This document shows positions 49,976-61,820 of a stretch of DNA of 64,000 bases, one piece after another; within the stretch, counting starts at the first letter, position 1; each line of letters begins with the position of its first letter. This stretch comes from an uncultured Bacteroidales bacterium (GTDB taxonomy: Bacteria; Bacteroidota; Bacteroidia; Bacteroidales; DASQZP01): assembly GCA_963783315.1 (NCBI GenBank), contig CAWAMZ010000008.1:772023-836022 (forward strand). The letters run 5' to 3'. The notes under the pieces were generated by a model that saw only the letters and a program-made list of their open reading frames with translations, was not told the origin of the DNA and did no database searches. The position numbers and the translations under genes were made by a program.

Positions 49976-52243
49976 TTATTGTTTATTTTTCAGTCTGATC
50001 AGGTTTAATGCTGAACCAGCTTTGAACCAATCAATCTGATTGGCATTATACGTATGGTTAGCCACAATTTCTTCTGAGGTACCATCTGCATGCCTGATTA
50101 CAACCTTAAGCGGAGTATCCTCTTTGAAGTCAGTAAGCCCTGCAATATCAAAGTTATCATCTTCCTTAATCTTATTATAGTCATCCCTGTCAGCAAATGT
50201 AAGTGCCAGTACACCCTGCTTTTTCAGATTTGTTTCGTGAATACGGGCGAATGAACGAACCAGAACAACTCTGACACCCAGGTGACGGGGTTCCATGGCA
50301 GCATGCTCACGGGAAGACCCTTCGCCGTAATTTTCATCTCCAACAACCAGCGTACCAATGCCGGCCTCTTTGTATCTGCGGGCTGATGAAGGCACAGGCA
50401 TTAAATCCTGTTCCAAAGAATTTTTAACATGATTGGTCTGATCGTTAAAAGCATTTACAGCACCAATAAACATATTTTCAGAAATATTATCCAGGTGCCC
50501 GCGATAACGCAACCAGGGGCCAGCCATTGAGATATGGTCAGTGGTACATTTACCTCTGGCCTTCAGTAATAACCTGAGATTCTTCATATCCTTGCCATCC
50601 CAGGGATCAAATGGTGTCAGCAGTTGTAAACGCTTTGAGTCGGGAGCTACTTTAACTTCAACAGCAGAACCATCTTCTGCCGGGGCCTGATATCCGGAGT
50701 CTTCAACAGCAAACCCGTTGGATGGAAGTTCCATTCCACGTGGTTCGTCCAGCTTAACTGCTTCACCTTTCTCATTGATAAGTGTATCTGTAACCGGATT
50801 GAAGGTAAGATCGCCGGCAATAGCCAGTGCTGTAACGATTTCCGGAGAAGCAACAAATGCATGGGTATTTGGATTGCCGTCATTTCGCTTTGCAAAATTA
50901 CGGTTGAATGAGGTGATGATGGAATTTTTTTCCTGTTTGTCAGCACCGTGCCGTGCCCATTGGCCGATACATGGTCCACAGGCATTGGCCAGAATCACCG
51001 CTCCGATATCCTCAAAATCGCCCAGCAAACCATCTCTTTCAACCGTAAAGCGTACCAGTTCAGAACCCGGTGTAACTGTAAATTCAGACTTGACTTTCAG
51101 ATTTTTCGCTGCGGCCTGTCTGGCTACTGAAGCCGACCGGGTTATATCTTCATAGGACGAGTTTGTACAGGAACCGATCAGACCTACTTCGAGCTTTTGC
51201 GGATAATCATTCTCTTTAACAGCCTCGGCAAACTCACTGAGTGGCCATGCTTTATCAGGGGAGAAAGGCCCGTTAATGTAGGGTTCCAGTTCCGACAGGT
51301 TGATTTCAATCACCTGGTCAAAATATTTTTCCGGATCGTTGTATACTTCAGCATCACCAGTCAGATGCTCAGCAATTTCATCAGCCATATCTGCTATATC
51401 AACCCTTGAAGTACCTCTTAGATATTCAGACATCTTCCGGTCATAACCAAAGAGTGAAGTAGTGGCTCCAATCTCGGCGCCCATGTTACAAATGGTGCCT
51501 TTGCCGGTACATGAAATACTGGAAGCACCGTCACCAAAATATTCCACAATAGCACCGGTTCCGCCTTTTACAGTAAGGATACCAGCTACTTTCAGAATTA
51601 TATCTTTCGCTGAAGTCCATCCGCTCATTTTTCCGGTTAGCTTCACGCCAATAAGTTTAGGAAACTTAAGTTCCCAGGGCATGCCAGCCATTACATCAAC
51701 GGCATCGGCACCACCAACGCCTATGGCTACCATTCCCAATCCACCGGCATTCACTGTGTGAGAATCGGTACCTATCATCATTCCTCCCGGAAAAGCATAA
51801 TTCTCAAGCACTACCTGATGAATAATACCCGCACCGGGTTTCCAGAAACCGATGCCATATTTATTGGATACTGATGCCAGAAAATCATACACTTCCCGAC
51901 TGCTGTTTCGTGCATCTTCCAGATCCTGTCCGGCCCCTGATTTTGCCTGAATCAGATGATCGCAATGTACCGTTGAGGGGACAGCAGCTTTTTTACGTCC
52001 TGCCTGCATAAACTGGAGCAACGCCATCTGAGCGGTAGCATCCTGCATAGCAACACGGTCAGGATTGAAATTCACATAATCTTTTCCCCGGCGATAAGAT
52101 GACGCAGGTATGTCAGTGGAAAGATGACTGTATAATATTTTTTCGGTCAGGGTAAGCGGCCGGTTCACAACCTCCCGTGCTTTCTTTGTTTTTACAGGAA
52201 AATCTTTGTATACTTTCCGGATCATTTCTAAATCAAAAGCCAT
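49976..52243 (-). CDS. acnA: Aconitate hydratase (755 aa, mitochondrial-type/AcnA-like)
   Basis: Fe-S ligand contexts [17 protein letters not shown] and [10 protein letters not shown]. Confidence 0.93.
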   Translation of the reverse strand: MAFDLEMIRKVYKDFPVKTKKAREVVNRPLTLTEKILYSHLSTDIPASSYRRGKDYVNFNPDRVAMQDATAQMALLQFMQAGRKKAAVPSTVHCDHLIQAKSGAGQDLEDARNSSREVYDFLASVSNKYGIGFWKPGAGIIHQVVLENYAFPGGMMIGTDSHTVNAGGLGMVAIGVGGADAVDVMAGMPWELKFPKLIGVKLTGKMSGWTSAKDIILKVAGILTVKGGTGAIVEYFGDGASSISCTGKGTICNMGAEIGATTSLFGYDRKMSEYLRGTSRVDIADMADEIAEHLTGDAEVYNDPEKYFDQVIEINLSELEPYINGPFSPDKAWPLSEFAEAVKENDYPQKLEVGLIGSCTNSSYEDITRSASVARQAAAKNLKVKSEFTVTPGSELVRFTVERDGLLGDFEDIGAVILANACGPCIGQWARHGADKQEKNSIITSFNRNFAKRNDGNPNTHAFVASPEIVTALAIAGDLTFNPVTDTLINEKGEAVKLDEPRGMELPSNGFAVEDSGYQAPAEDGSAVEVKVAPDSKRLQLLTPFDPWDGKDMKNLRLLLKARGKCTTDHISMAGPWLRYRGHLDNISENMFIGAVNAFNDQTNHVKNSLEQDLMPVPSSARRYKEAGIGTLVVGDENYGEGSSREHAAMEPRHLGVRVVLVRSFARIHETNLKKQGVLALTFADRDDYNKIKEDDNFDIAGLTDFKEDTPLKVVIRHADGTSEEIVANHTYNANQIDWFKAGSALNLIRLKNKQ

Positions 52244-52477
52244 AGTTTAACAAGCATTTACAGATTAATATTAAAAAAGACGCAATTTACTAAAATATCA
52301 CTAATCTTATCTAAATATCTGCATAAATGGGCTTTCAACATATGTAAAGTGTTCAGCATAAAACAGCAGGAAAGAAATATCCTGTTATCAAATATTGGTT
52401 ATACACATACTAATTTTCTTCGCAGGCTATCTGATTATTTCTTACCTTTGGGTTTATTTCAACCCTAAACCAATAAC

Positions 52478-53728
52478 ATGAAAGCCTCATTTGCAGTCTT
52501 CCGTGAAAACATCAAGATATCCCTGCAGGCTATCCGAACAAACCTGCTCCGTACTATTCTTACAGTTTTTATTATTGCCATCGGAATAATGGCACTGATT
52601 GGCATCCTGACTGCGATTGATTCTATTCAGGCCTCAATTACAAATCAGTTTACGAGCATGGGGGCCAACACTTTCACTATTCAGCAGCGTGACGTCAGGG
52701 TGCACAGCAGCAAAAGCCGTGAAAGGAATAAAAATGAGTCTTTTATCTCTTTCCGTCAGGCACGCGGATTCAAGGAGAGATTTGAATTTCCGTCTGTTGT
52801 TTCAATATCGACCAATGCAACAGGAATTGCTACCATAAAATATGATGGAGAAAAAACCAATCCCAACATCAGCGTACTCGGCACTGATGAGAATTACCTG
52901 GTTACAGCCGGATATGAAATTGCCCGTGGCCGTAACTATTCCCAAAATGAAATTGAAACCAACCGGAGTGTGGCAGTGATTGGGAAAGATGTCGCTGATG
53001 ATCTGTTCAAGGGAGGTATTAGTCCGCTTGACAAAATCATAACAGTAGGAAGCGGGAAATACAAAGTGATTGGTGTGTTGAAAGAGAAGGGTACCAGCTT
53101 TGGCGGTACCGGAGACAAAGTAGTCATGATTCCTTATACCAATATCAGACAGTATTTTTCCCGCCCGCAAATGACCTATAAAATCAGCGGTACGGTGAAC
53201 GATGCCCAGTTACTTGATGCCGCAACCGGAGAAGCCGAAGGCTTATTCCGGATTATAAGAAATCTGAATATAAAAGATGAAACTGACTTTGAAATTACCA
53301 AGAGCGATAACCTGGCGAATATGCTTATTCAGAATACCAAAAAGGTTACCATGGCAGCCACGATAATCGGGCTGATCACATTATTTGGAGCTGCTGTGGG
53401 ACTGATGAACATAATGCTGGTATCTGTGACTGAACGGACTATGGAGATAGGTATCAGAAAAGCCATCGGTGCAAAATCATCGACAATCAAACAGCAATTT
53501 TTGTACGAAGCAATTATTATCGGTCAGATTGGTGGTGTAACAGGAATTATTCTGGGTATACTCATCGGGAATCTGATTTCTCTTATCACACATGCTCCGT
53601 TTGTAATTCCGTGGGGCTGGACATTTGGTGGTATTCTTGCCTGTTTCCTGGTAGCACTTATTTCAGGATATTTTCCTGCTGTAAAAGCAGCCAGGCTTGA
53701 TCCGATTGTCGCACTCAGATATGAATAA
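52478..53728 (+). CDS. ABC transporter permease, MacB/FtsX-like
   Basis: 416 aa. N-terminal TM helix, a large periplasmic domain, and a C-terminal FtsX 3-TM module ([14 protein letters not shown]). No adjacent ATPase gene. Confidence 0.85.
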   Translation: MKASFAVFRENIKISLQAIRTNLLRTILTVFIIAIGIMALIGILTAIDSIQASITNQFTSMGANTFTIQQRDVRVHSSKSRERNKNESFISFRQARGFKERFEFPSVVSISTNATGIATIKYDGEKTNPNISVLGTDENYLVTAGYEIARGRNYSQNEIETNRSVAVIGKDVADDLFKGGISPLDKIITVGSGKYKVIGVLKEKGTSFGGTGDKVVMIPYTNIRQYFSRPQMTYKISGTVNDAQLLDAATGEAEGLFRIIRNLNIKDETDFEITKSDNLANMLIQNTKKVTMAATIIGLITLFGAAVGLMNIMLVSVTERTMEIGIRKAIGAKSSTIKQQFLYEAIIIGQIGGVTGIILGILIGNLISLITHAPFVIPWGWTFGGILACFLVALISGYFPAVKAARLDPIVALRYE

Positions 53729-53803
53729 AATCTGATTTGTAATTGAAGTATGGAGTTTATATTTTTGTATAACTGTACATAACCGACTTGAAGAAAGAAA
53801 AAA

Positions 53804-54181
53804 ATGAACACACTGATCGTAGAAAGAACAAGCAATACACCATATATTGAGTTCAATCCTGAAACAGGGATTATGGAAATTGAAGGAAGATCGATACCTG
53901 AAAACCCCGGTGAATTTTTCAATAATCTTTTTGAGTGGATTGATGATTATTTCAAATCACCTAAAGAAATCACGAAAATTAATGTTCAACTGGAATATAT
54001 AAACAGTGGTTCTTCTAAACTGTTGCTGGAATTTTTCAGACGGATTAAAAGCTATCATGAATCGGGAAATGAATGTGCAGTAAACTGGTATTATGAAGAA
54101 GATGATGAATCGGTGATGGAACTGGGTCAGCATTATAAGAACACACTTAAAATTCCTTTTAACCTGATTGATTATTATTAG
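53804..54181 (+). CDS. DUF1987 (SiaC-like) domain protein
   Basis: 125 aa. Contains TPYIEFNPETGIMEIEGRSIPENPGEFFNNLFEWIDDY...LEYINSGSSKLLLEFF. Confidence 0.7.
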   Translation: MNTLIVERTSNTPYIEFNPETGIMEIEGRSIPENPGEFFNNLFEWIDDYFKSPKEITKINVQLEYINSGSSKLLLEFFRRIKSYHESGNECAVNWYYEEDDESVMELGQHYKNTLKIPFNLIDYY

Positions 54182-54205
54182 TATAACACTAACCTACAGA
54201 ATACG

Positions 54206-54235
54206 AAAAGCCCGGCAGTTTAGCCGGGCTTTTTT
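54206..54235. terminator. Bidirectional rho-independent terminator between the DUF1987 gene (+) and gap (-)
   Basis: AAAAGCCCGGC-agttta-GCCGGGCTTTT, with an A tract on one side and a T tract on the other. Confidence 0.8.
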
Positions 54236-54265
54236 ATTAAATCAAAAGAATTTACGTATTACGTA

Positions 54266-55294
<1,029 letters not shown>

Positions 55295-55319
55295 TTATCA
55301 TTAATGGTTGAAAGAACTG

Positions 55320-55351
55320 CAAAATTAATCATTAATAACCATACTTTCAAA
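55320..55351 (-). promoter_or_regulatory. Bacteroidota-type promoter candidate for gap
   Basis: Minus strand: TTTG (-33), 20 nt, TAATTTTG (-7, plus 55320-55327), about 47 nt upstream of the ATG. Confidence 0.45.
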
Positions 55352-55634
55352 TTATCACGGCAGTATTTCAAGGGGTTATCCAACTTCACATCACATTACT
55401 AATCTGATGTTTAAAACATATTTAACTATGTTAAACAACAAATAAAAGACAAAACCAATAAGATATAAACACTTAATAATGTGTGATTTATAAATTACCT
55501 TTGGTTTTGTCAGGAAAAATGAAAATATAAGTAAAATAAATGATAAAAAAATGAAATTTTCGGTCTGAGTAAAAAGAAGAAAACAGTGGCAGCAATTAAC
55601 AACCGGCTAGCCCATTAGAAACCCTAAAAAGCCA

Positions 55635-56432
55635 TTATTTCAGGAAAATGTTATCAATTCCCTTCTGGCTGCCAGGCTCAATCGGATTAATGATTTTACC
55701 AAACCGGTAACTCACAAAAAGAGAGAAAAAGAAAGGTGTGTTTTTTTGATTTGCCATTAGCGGGATACTGCGTGCAAAAGCATCACCCACAACTCCCACT
55801 TCAAGGGCATGAATTACCTCATCAATTGTACTGTATTCAAAGTTTAATCCTGCTTTGACGAACACTCCCGGTGCAAACTTGATTTCATTAAAACCCTTAA
55901 AAAATCCGGAGCGTCCATATATATCACCCTGATGAACGGCAGATGAGAATTTTTCAACTTCTATATAATAATTTCTGGCATCCGGACCGGTGACATGAAA
56001 AACTTCGTAGTAAATGGGTTTATAAAAACCAATTGAAGCACCACCAGTGTAAAAATAACGAATAGCGATACCCCCCTTGTCAACTTTTCTGTACATTTCA
56101 TGCTGACGCCCGATTCCGGGACGAAGTGTAAAAAAAGAGTTTAGTTTACCGTAGACAAAGCTGCGGTTGTTATAATAGGGATTGGATACTTTAACCTCTT
56201 TGGGATGTTTTATCGTTAACAGATCAATAGCATACAGGGTTTTATTACGGCCATCAATTCGTTTCCCATAACGGAAGTTAACACCATAACCATTGGAATT
56301 AAGCATAACGGAACCGGATTTTTCATTACGGTAAAATATCCGGTCCTGTTCATCCAATTCGCCCTGAGCAAAAATACTGATGAAACAAAAAAGTAGTAAA
56401 AAAATTGAAACCAGCTGTTTCATGGATGCCAT
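55635..56432 (-). CDS. Hypothetical secreted protein, possibly an outer-membrane beta-barrel
   Basis: 265 aa. Signal peptide MKQLVSIFLLLFCFISIFAQ (an alternative start is at 56423). Alternating aromatic/Gly-rich strands. No family recognised. Confidence 0.45.
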   Translation of the reverse strand: MASMKQLVSIFLLLFCFISIFAQGELDEQDRIFYRNEKSGSVMLNSNGYGVNFRYGKRIDGRNKTLYAIDLLTIKHPKEVKVSNPYYNNRSFVYGKLNSFFTLRPGIGRQHEMYRKVDKGGIAIRYFYTGGASIGFYKPIYYEVFHVTGPDARNYYIEVEKFSSAVHQGDIYGRSGFFKGFNEIKFAPGVFVKAGLNFEYSTIDEVIHALEVGVVGDAFARSIPLMANQKNTPFFFSLFVSYRFGKIINPIEPGSQKGIDNIFLK

Positions 56433-56533
56433 TTAACAATTAACAACCTGCATGACCAGTTGGTTCAGCGGTTGCAGACAAACACGATTGTAGCAGGGTA
56501 GCCCCATTCAAAAATAATGGCCCACGGGGCCTG

Positions 56534-56668
56534 TTAACCATTCTGCCCGGCTTCCTGAGTATTCGCCTTTGAGTATGCAGGGCATTTTTTATTTGCCTGG
56601 CATGAGCCTAATAAAAATATCGCCAGCATAATAATGGCAAACAAAGCAGTCATCTTTTTCATATTCAT
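56534..56668 (-). CDS. Small lipoprotein sORF 1 (44 aa; or 42 aa from the ATG at 56662)
   Basis: Hand-found and below the track cutoff. Sequence MNMKKMTALFAIIMLAIFLLGSCQANKKCPAYSKANTQEAGQNG, with a lipobox LLGSC. Paralogous to sORF 2. Confidence 0.5.
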   Translation of the reverse strand: MNMKKMTALFAIIMLAIFLLGSCQANKKCPAYSKANTQEAGQNG

Positions 56669-56737
56669 TATATTAATTAAAATAATTGCACTACATACCC
56701 GGGTAAAAATAGTTATTTTATTCTATTTTCAAAAGAA

Positions 56738-56863
56738 TTAACTGTTATTTTGAACCTGTTCAGTATTGGCCTTTACATAAGTGGGACATATATGATCATT
56801 GCAGGAACTCAGCCCCAATAACACAAAAAAAGTAACAACCAGGATGATAGCAAGTTTTTTCAT
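56738..56863 (-). CDS. Small lipoprotein sORF 2 (41 aa)
   Basis: Hand-found. Sequence MKKLAIILVVTFFVLLGLSSCNDHICPTYVKANTEQVQNNS, with a lipobox and the shared mature motif C-x4-CP[AT]Y-x-KANT. Confidence 0.5.
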   Translation of the reverse strand: MKKLAIILVVTFFVLLGLSSCNDHICPTYVKANTEQVQNNS

Positions 56864-57033
56864 TAGTGTGAAATATATTTTGGTTAAAAAATTTATCAAT
56901 CCTTATTTTGTACGGAGATTTTTAGATAATGATACGATATATAACAATTAAAATTGGTGATTTATATCACCACTAATTTTTGAAAATCTGAATCCTTTCT
57001 ATTTAAATATCTGATTATCTGATAAATATTATC

Positions 57034-57489
57034 TTACCAAATATAGGGAATAACTCTATTTGTTCTTTTCCGGTAGGCTTCATATCCGCTAAATCTCGAA
57101 ATAAGCTGGCTTTCTTCGTAGTGTATTTTAAAAATCAGATCGATAAGAAGTATAGCAAGAGCAATCATGCGCCCAATTGTAAAAGAATCTGCAACGAGCG
57201 GAATAACCACCAGAAAAATAGCTGTATACATTGGGTGTCGGATCACTTTATAAGGGCCATCCTCAACGAGATGGGCATCCATCATAACATCAGGAGGAAT
57301 ATTAACATTATCTGTTCCCATTACCACAATAGCCCATATTCCCAGGCCAAAACCCGCCAGTACAGGTATCTGCAACCAGGGTGAATCCGGCATTATCCTG
57401 CCGGTCAGCAGAATGTAAAATAACGCACTAAATTGAACCGCAACAAAAATGAAAGATTTGACACGGTTGGAATTGTTAATATAGAACAT
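57034..57489 (-). CDS. Isoprenylcysteine carboxyl methyltransferase (ICMT)/phospholipid methyltransferase family membrane protein
   Basis: 151 aa and polytopic. Contains GPYKVIRHPMYTAIFL. Confidence 0.7.
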   Translation of the reverse strand: MFYINNSNRVKSFIFVAVQFSALFYILLTGRIMPDSPWLQIPVLAGFGLGIWAIVVMGTDNVNIPPDVMMDAHLVEDGPYKVIRHPMYTAIFLVVIPLVADSFTIGRMIALAILLIDLIFKIHYEESQLISRFSGYEAYRKRTNRVIPYIW

Positions 57490-57546
57490 AATAAGCCGAG
57501 CTAAAGGAATGTGTTAACTATATAAAGGGAACTGTCATCCAGAATT

Positions 57547-58068
57547 TCATGAATTCTGACGGGTCCGTAACGCTGTATGTATTGATGAGAAGCCGTGAAA
57601 CAGGGCATAAGCACCCAGCACAACCAACAAAGCTTTTCCACTGCCAAAGGGGTTAAAAAGCATGATTAGTCCCAATACAACTGAGATAATACCACTGACA
57701 AGAATCATCCCTTTGCCCTGAAATGAGGAAGGCAGTTTATTAAGTGAAACCAGCTGCAGTATTCCGCTCACAAGTGCCCAAATTCCAAATAGAACTACAA
57801 CAACTCCGGCTACAAAATGAGGATAAGCAATAATGGCTATTCCGATCAGAATGTCAAGAATACCTTCGGCAAGCACAAAATTATGCATTTGTTTGATGCC
57901 TTTGAAGATGCCACTACCAATCAACAATAAGATTCCACCTGCCAGTATAATAATACCAAACCACTTAACAAGTGTTACCAGGGTGGCTCCTGGATAAAAC
58001 AGGGCCAACAAACCAAAAAGAATAAATAAAACACCTTTTATTACTTTGTATTGCCAGTCATTTTTCAT
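57547..58068 (-). CDS. HdeD/DUF308 family membrane protein
   Basis: Start trimmed to the ATG at 58068 (MKNDWQYKVIKGVLFILFGLLALFYPG). Repeated DUF308-type TM hairpins. Confidence 0.65.
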   Translation of the reverse strand: MKNDWQYKVIKGVLFILFGLLALFYPGATLVTLVKWFGIIILAGGILLLIGSGIFKGIKQMHNFVLAEGILDILIGIAIIAYPHFVAGVVVVLFGIWALVSGILQLVSLNKLPSSFQGKGMILVSGIISVVLGLIMLFNPFGSGKALLVVLGAYALFHGFSSIHTALRTRQNS

Positions 58069-58247
58069 ATCGTCAAATTTATATTTTAAAATTATAGTTC
58101 GCGGAGATGACTTTAAAAACGATATTATTGTTTTAATTATAATTTTCCCGGAATAAAACACTATTGTTTTTCCGGTATATTAAATTCATTCAATACAGTT
58201 TATAAAACAATTCAGGTTTGAATCCGGTTCACAGTAAATACAATAGT

Positions 58248-58913
58248 TTATTTAATGGCCCGTAAAATTTCACGCTTTCCGGGAGGGCCCGGAAGCCGTT
58301 CTACCTTCAGTCCGCTGTCAGCCAATGCCCTTCTCACAGCGCCACGGGCACAATAGGTAATAAAGACGCCACCCGGCCTTAGAACCCGGGCCATTTTCTG
58401 AAGGACAGGCTCTTTCCAGAGAGAAGGCTGAACACCCGGAGAAAAAGCATCATAATAAATCAGATCAAAAAGATCCGGCAGAACAGCATCCAGCAGGTCT
58501 GTCCTGGTTTTATACAGCGAAAACCAGGGATTAATTACTTCCCTTGTTTCCCATGGACAGGCATGAATCCTGCTAAAATCATCCCCATTCCTGAGTAATT
58601 TTTTAAAGTTTAATTTTTCAAGTATTTCAGGAGGCAGAGGATACTTTTCTATTCCATAGTAAAATACTTTCTTCTTTTGCTTGTTGGCTTCATTTATAGT
58701 AAGCATGGCATTTAAGCCGGTTCCGAAGCCAACTTCCAGAATATCTACAGATGATTGTTGTATTGCGTTAAATCCTGCACGTATAAATACATGCTGGGAT
58801 TCCTGTATAGAGCCATGCGTTGAATGATAGTGCTCATCCAGAGAAGGAATATACAGCGTATGAGAACCATCCTGTGTTGTTTGAATTTTCAGTCGTTCAT
58901 TCAGGGTTTGCAT
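58248..58913 (-). CDS. mnmD: tRNA (mnm5s2U34)-methyltransferase MnmD (stand-alone MnmC methyltransferase domain)
   Basis: 221 aa. Contains DGSHTLY...HYHSTHGSIQES, ILEVGFGTGLN, YDAFSP and PGPPGKREILRA. Confidence 0.8.
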   Translation of the reverse strand: MQTLNERLKIQTTQDGSHTLYIPSLDEHYHSTHGSIQESQHVFIRAGFNAIQQSSVDILEVGFGTGLNAMLTINEANKQKKKVFYYGIEKYPLPPEILEKLNFKKLLRNGDDFSRIHACPWETREVINPWFSLYKTRTDLLDAVLPDLFDLIYYDAFSPGVQPSLWKEPVLQKMARVLRPGGVFITYCARGAVRRALADSGLKVERLPGPPGKREILRAIK

Positions 58914-59171
58914 AACAGGTGTAAAATCTAATCAGAAAAATTATTTCAGGCAATGACCGATACAAAAGTGCAAAAAAGTATTATGAAATGATGAGGTAAT
59001 CCGGTAAAACAAAATAAGTGATCAATCAATTAAGATTTTTTAACTAAATAATTTCCTTGTTTTTGCTTTCCCGGGTCCTTAGCCTGAATAATGAAGGTTA
59101 AATATATTGATAAACCTGACTTTACAGTATAAAACAAGATTGTAAATGAAAAAGTTTATTAATCTATGAAA

Positions 59172-61508
59172 TCAGAATGGGTATCCGATACCTATATTGA
59201 ATCCAAAATCTTTGGCAGTAAGTGGCCGTGACCCCGGAATCCATCTTGATCCGGAAGGCAGAGAAGGATCCCGCAGTTTCAGTCCCACATCGAACCTGAA
59301 AATAAAAAATGAAAAGTCGAACCGGGTACCTGCTCCTGCCCCGATTGCGATATCCTTATAAAACTTATTCCACTTAAAGAGTGCACCAGGCCGTTCATCT
59401 GCACTGGTAATGGCCCATATATTTCCCGCATCCATAAAGAGAGCCCCCTCAAGTACCCAGAAAAGTTTGAATCTGTACTCAAGATTAGCTTCCAGTTTCA
59501 TATCAGCCATTTTATTGGGATAAGCTGAGGGTGTTTCTTCATGATAAGATCCCGGTCCAAGATTTCTCACCTGCCATGCTCTGATACCATTGGCCCCACC
59601 GCCAAAATATTCCTTTTCAAAAGGAATGGCCTTTGCATTTCCGTAAGGATATGCAGCACCGGCAAAAAAACGGTATACCAGTTTATCTGATTCGTTAATT
59701 TGCTGATAATAACGGTAATCTATATCAGATTTCAAATATTGTGAATACTGGGTACCAAAGAGCTGATAACTGCCATCAACCTTGTGGGAATGAATCAGGT
59801 CATTAAAAGTTGTTAACAGGTTACCGGCTTCCTCAAAATTAAAACGGAAGTACATGAAATCCGTATTTTTTTTAATGTTCTGGTTATTAAACGTAAAACT
59901 ATAATTGGATACGGCCACCAGGTGCTGCTGATAACTGTTTTCCAGATATGTCCCCGCAATTTGATCTTTAAATGTCGAAGAGATACTCGGCAGTTTCACA
60001 AGATTTATTTCAATGGGATTTACAGTATGATTCAGATACCGGTTTCCGTGCCAGTAATAACCAAACGAAGCATTGGCAATGGTACGCGTGTAATCAGGTC
60101 TTCGCTGATAATTATATGCAATAGTCAGTAATGTCTTGGGATTGAACTTCTTAATAAATCCTTCGGTACGAAAAGGAAGTAAAAACTTTGGAATACTAAT
60201 TTTTGCCTCTGTTCCCAGCTCGAGTGTATTATTGAATTTTCTTCCATAGGCCTCCTGCAATGTTTCAATTGCGCCTTTAATTTTGAAATCAAGCGCTTCC
60301 GCTCCTCCAAACAGGTTTTTATGCTGATAAATGACGTTTCCTGCAATCCCCAGATTGCCCGAAGAGTTTGTCCCTTCAACTTCAACTGTATAGGATTGCA
60401 GCGTATAAGGCGAAAGTTGTATGACACAATCCAGACTTCCTGTATCTGCCTTCTCATAACTATTCTTCTTTTCCACTTCATAAAATTGCATATTTACAAA
60501 TTTGAACAGCCGTAAGGAACTCAGATGATTGTATGTCTTGGTAACATTATCAAGTCTGTAAAGGTCACCAGGCAAAATATAATCTGACTGAGCCAGTACC
60601 TGAGGTTTTACAAGTGGCTTTTTGACATACAGAAAACGCAGTCCGTCATATTTAAGGGTATCTATCTTATTTACATCAATCTTCTCATTCTCAACATCAA
60701 TGCCCGGCTCGTAATTCATATTTATACTGACATTCCGGATCTTGTATTTTTTATGATCCACAACCCGGCTTAAATTATCCCGGTTACGGATTACATATTT
60801 TTTAATACCCATCTCCAGATCAACTTTGTGATTTATCAGAGCAGTATCAGCATCAAAATAAATAAACTCTTTGGAGAAATTATAATAGCCCTTATTTTTA
60901 AGCATGGTTTCTATCCGCTCCCGCTCCTGTTGCAACACATTCATGTCAAACAATCCTCCCCGGTGAATAAGTGAGTTCACTGTGTCTTTTAGTACCGGAT
61001 CACGGAGCGTTGTATCCTCAAAATAATAGCTGATATTTCTTATGCGGTAGGGAACATTGGGTTTAATCCGGTAAATAACAGAGGCTGTTTTTTTTTTTAA
61101 AATAACCGAATCCGTAACACGGGCATCATAATACCCTTTATTCCGCATGTAAAGCCGGAGTTGATTTGTTGTTTTCTCGGTTGCAATCTCATCAAAAATG
61201 ACCGGCTCTTCTCCGATTGTACGTAACCAGTTATTAAACCAGTTGTCTTTCCCCGGATTAGCCAGGTTATACATAGATAAATGAAAACGAAAGCCAATAA
61301 TTCTCTTATTTGGTTTTTGTTTCACATAGCTTTCCAGTTCCGATTTGTCTACTTTTTTTTGTGTCTGTTCAATCTTGTAATTTTCAAGCAGATAGTCGCC
61401 TTTTGGAACGTATTTGGTCGGGTTACAAGCGGTAATAGTTAAGAACACTACCCAGAATAAACTACTGAAAATGCGACTATGCTTGATTTTATGATGATAT
61501 CTTCTCAA
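59172..61508 (-). CDS. BamA/TamA-family outer membrane protein (POTRA repeats plus Omp85 barrel)
   Basis: 778 aa ORF from TTG at 61508, so the start is uncertain and no ATG is nearby. Signal/lipobox-like FWVVFLTITAC. Omp85-type C-terminal barrel ending ...GIGYPF. Confidence 0.75.
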   Translation of the reverse strand: MRRYHHKIKHSRIFSSLFWVVFLTITACNPTKYVPKGDYLLENYKIEQTQKKVDKSELESYVKQKPNKRIIGFRFHLSMYNLANPGKDNWFNNWLRTIGEEPVIFDEIATEKTTNQLRLYMRNKGYYDARVTDSVILKKKTASVIYRIKPNVPYRIRNISYYFEDTTLRDPVLKDTVNSLIHRGGLFDMNVLQQERERIETMLKNKGYYNFSKEFIYFDADTALINHKVDLEMGIKKYVIRNRDNLSRVVDHKKYKIRNVSINMNYEPGIDVENEKIDVNKIDTLKYDGLRFLYVKKPLVKPQVLAQSDYILPGDLYRLDNVTKTYNHLSSLRLFKFVNMQFYEVEKKNSYEKADTGSLDCVIQLSPYTLQSYTVEVEGTNSSGNLGIAGNVIYQHKNLFGGAEALDFKIKGAIETLQEAYGRKFNNTLELGTEAKISIPKFLLPFRTEGFIKKFNPKTLLTIAYNYQRRPDYTRTIANASFGYYWHGNRYLNHTVNPIEINLVKLPSISSTFKDQIAGTYLENSYQQHLVAVSNYSFTFNNQNIKKNTDFMYFRFNFEEAGNLLTTFNDLIHSHKVDGSYQLFGTQYSQYLKSDIDYRYYQQINESDKLVYRFFAGAAYPYGNAKAIPFEKEYFGGGANGIRAWQVRNLGPGSYHEETPSAYPNKMADMKLEANLEYRFKLFWVLEGALFMDAGNIWAITSADERPGALFKWNKFYKDIAIGAGAGTRFDFSFFIFRFDVGLKLRDPSLPSGSRWIPGSRPLTAKDFGFNIGIGYPF

Positions 61509-61820
61509 GGTTTGATGCCTGTTATTTTTAGCTTTAAAAAATATAAGATCTTTCAGATAAAACAGGCCGAAAGAACCTTTATTCTTTCCTGTCCCTGTTA
61601 TTTAATCTGGTGTTATACTGATAACCTCACAAAGATACATATTGTGAAATATTTTACGGGAATAAACAGATATTTTTGTTCAACTTGCTGTAAATATGCA
61701 AATTAAACTAGTAAAATACTGGTTTAACTTGTTTCCATTTCCAAAAGAATGTAAATCCTGATAACAATATCAGTTAAGCTGATATTTTTTACCTTTATAA
61801 CGAAAAATAATTATAAAGTT

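Noticed and set aside
53524-53922. 132-aa minus-strand ORF bridging the ABC permease 3' end and the DUF1987 5' end.
   Set aside because: It overlaps two well-supported plus-strand genes and has no motif support.
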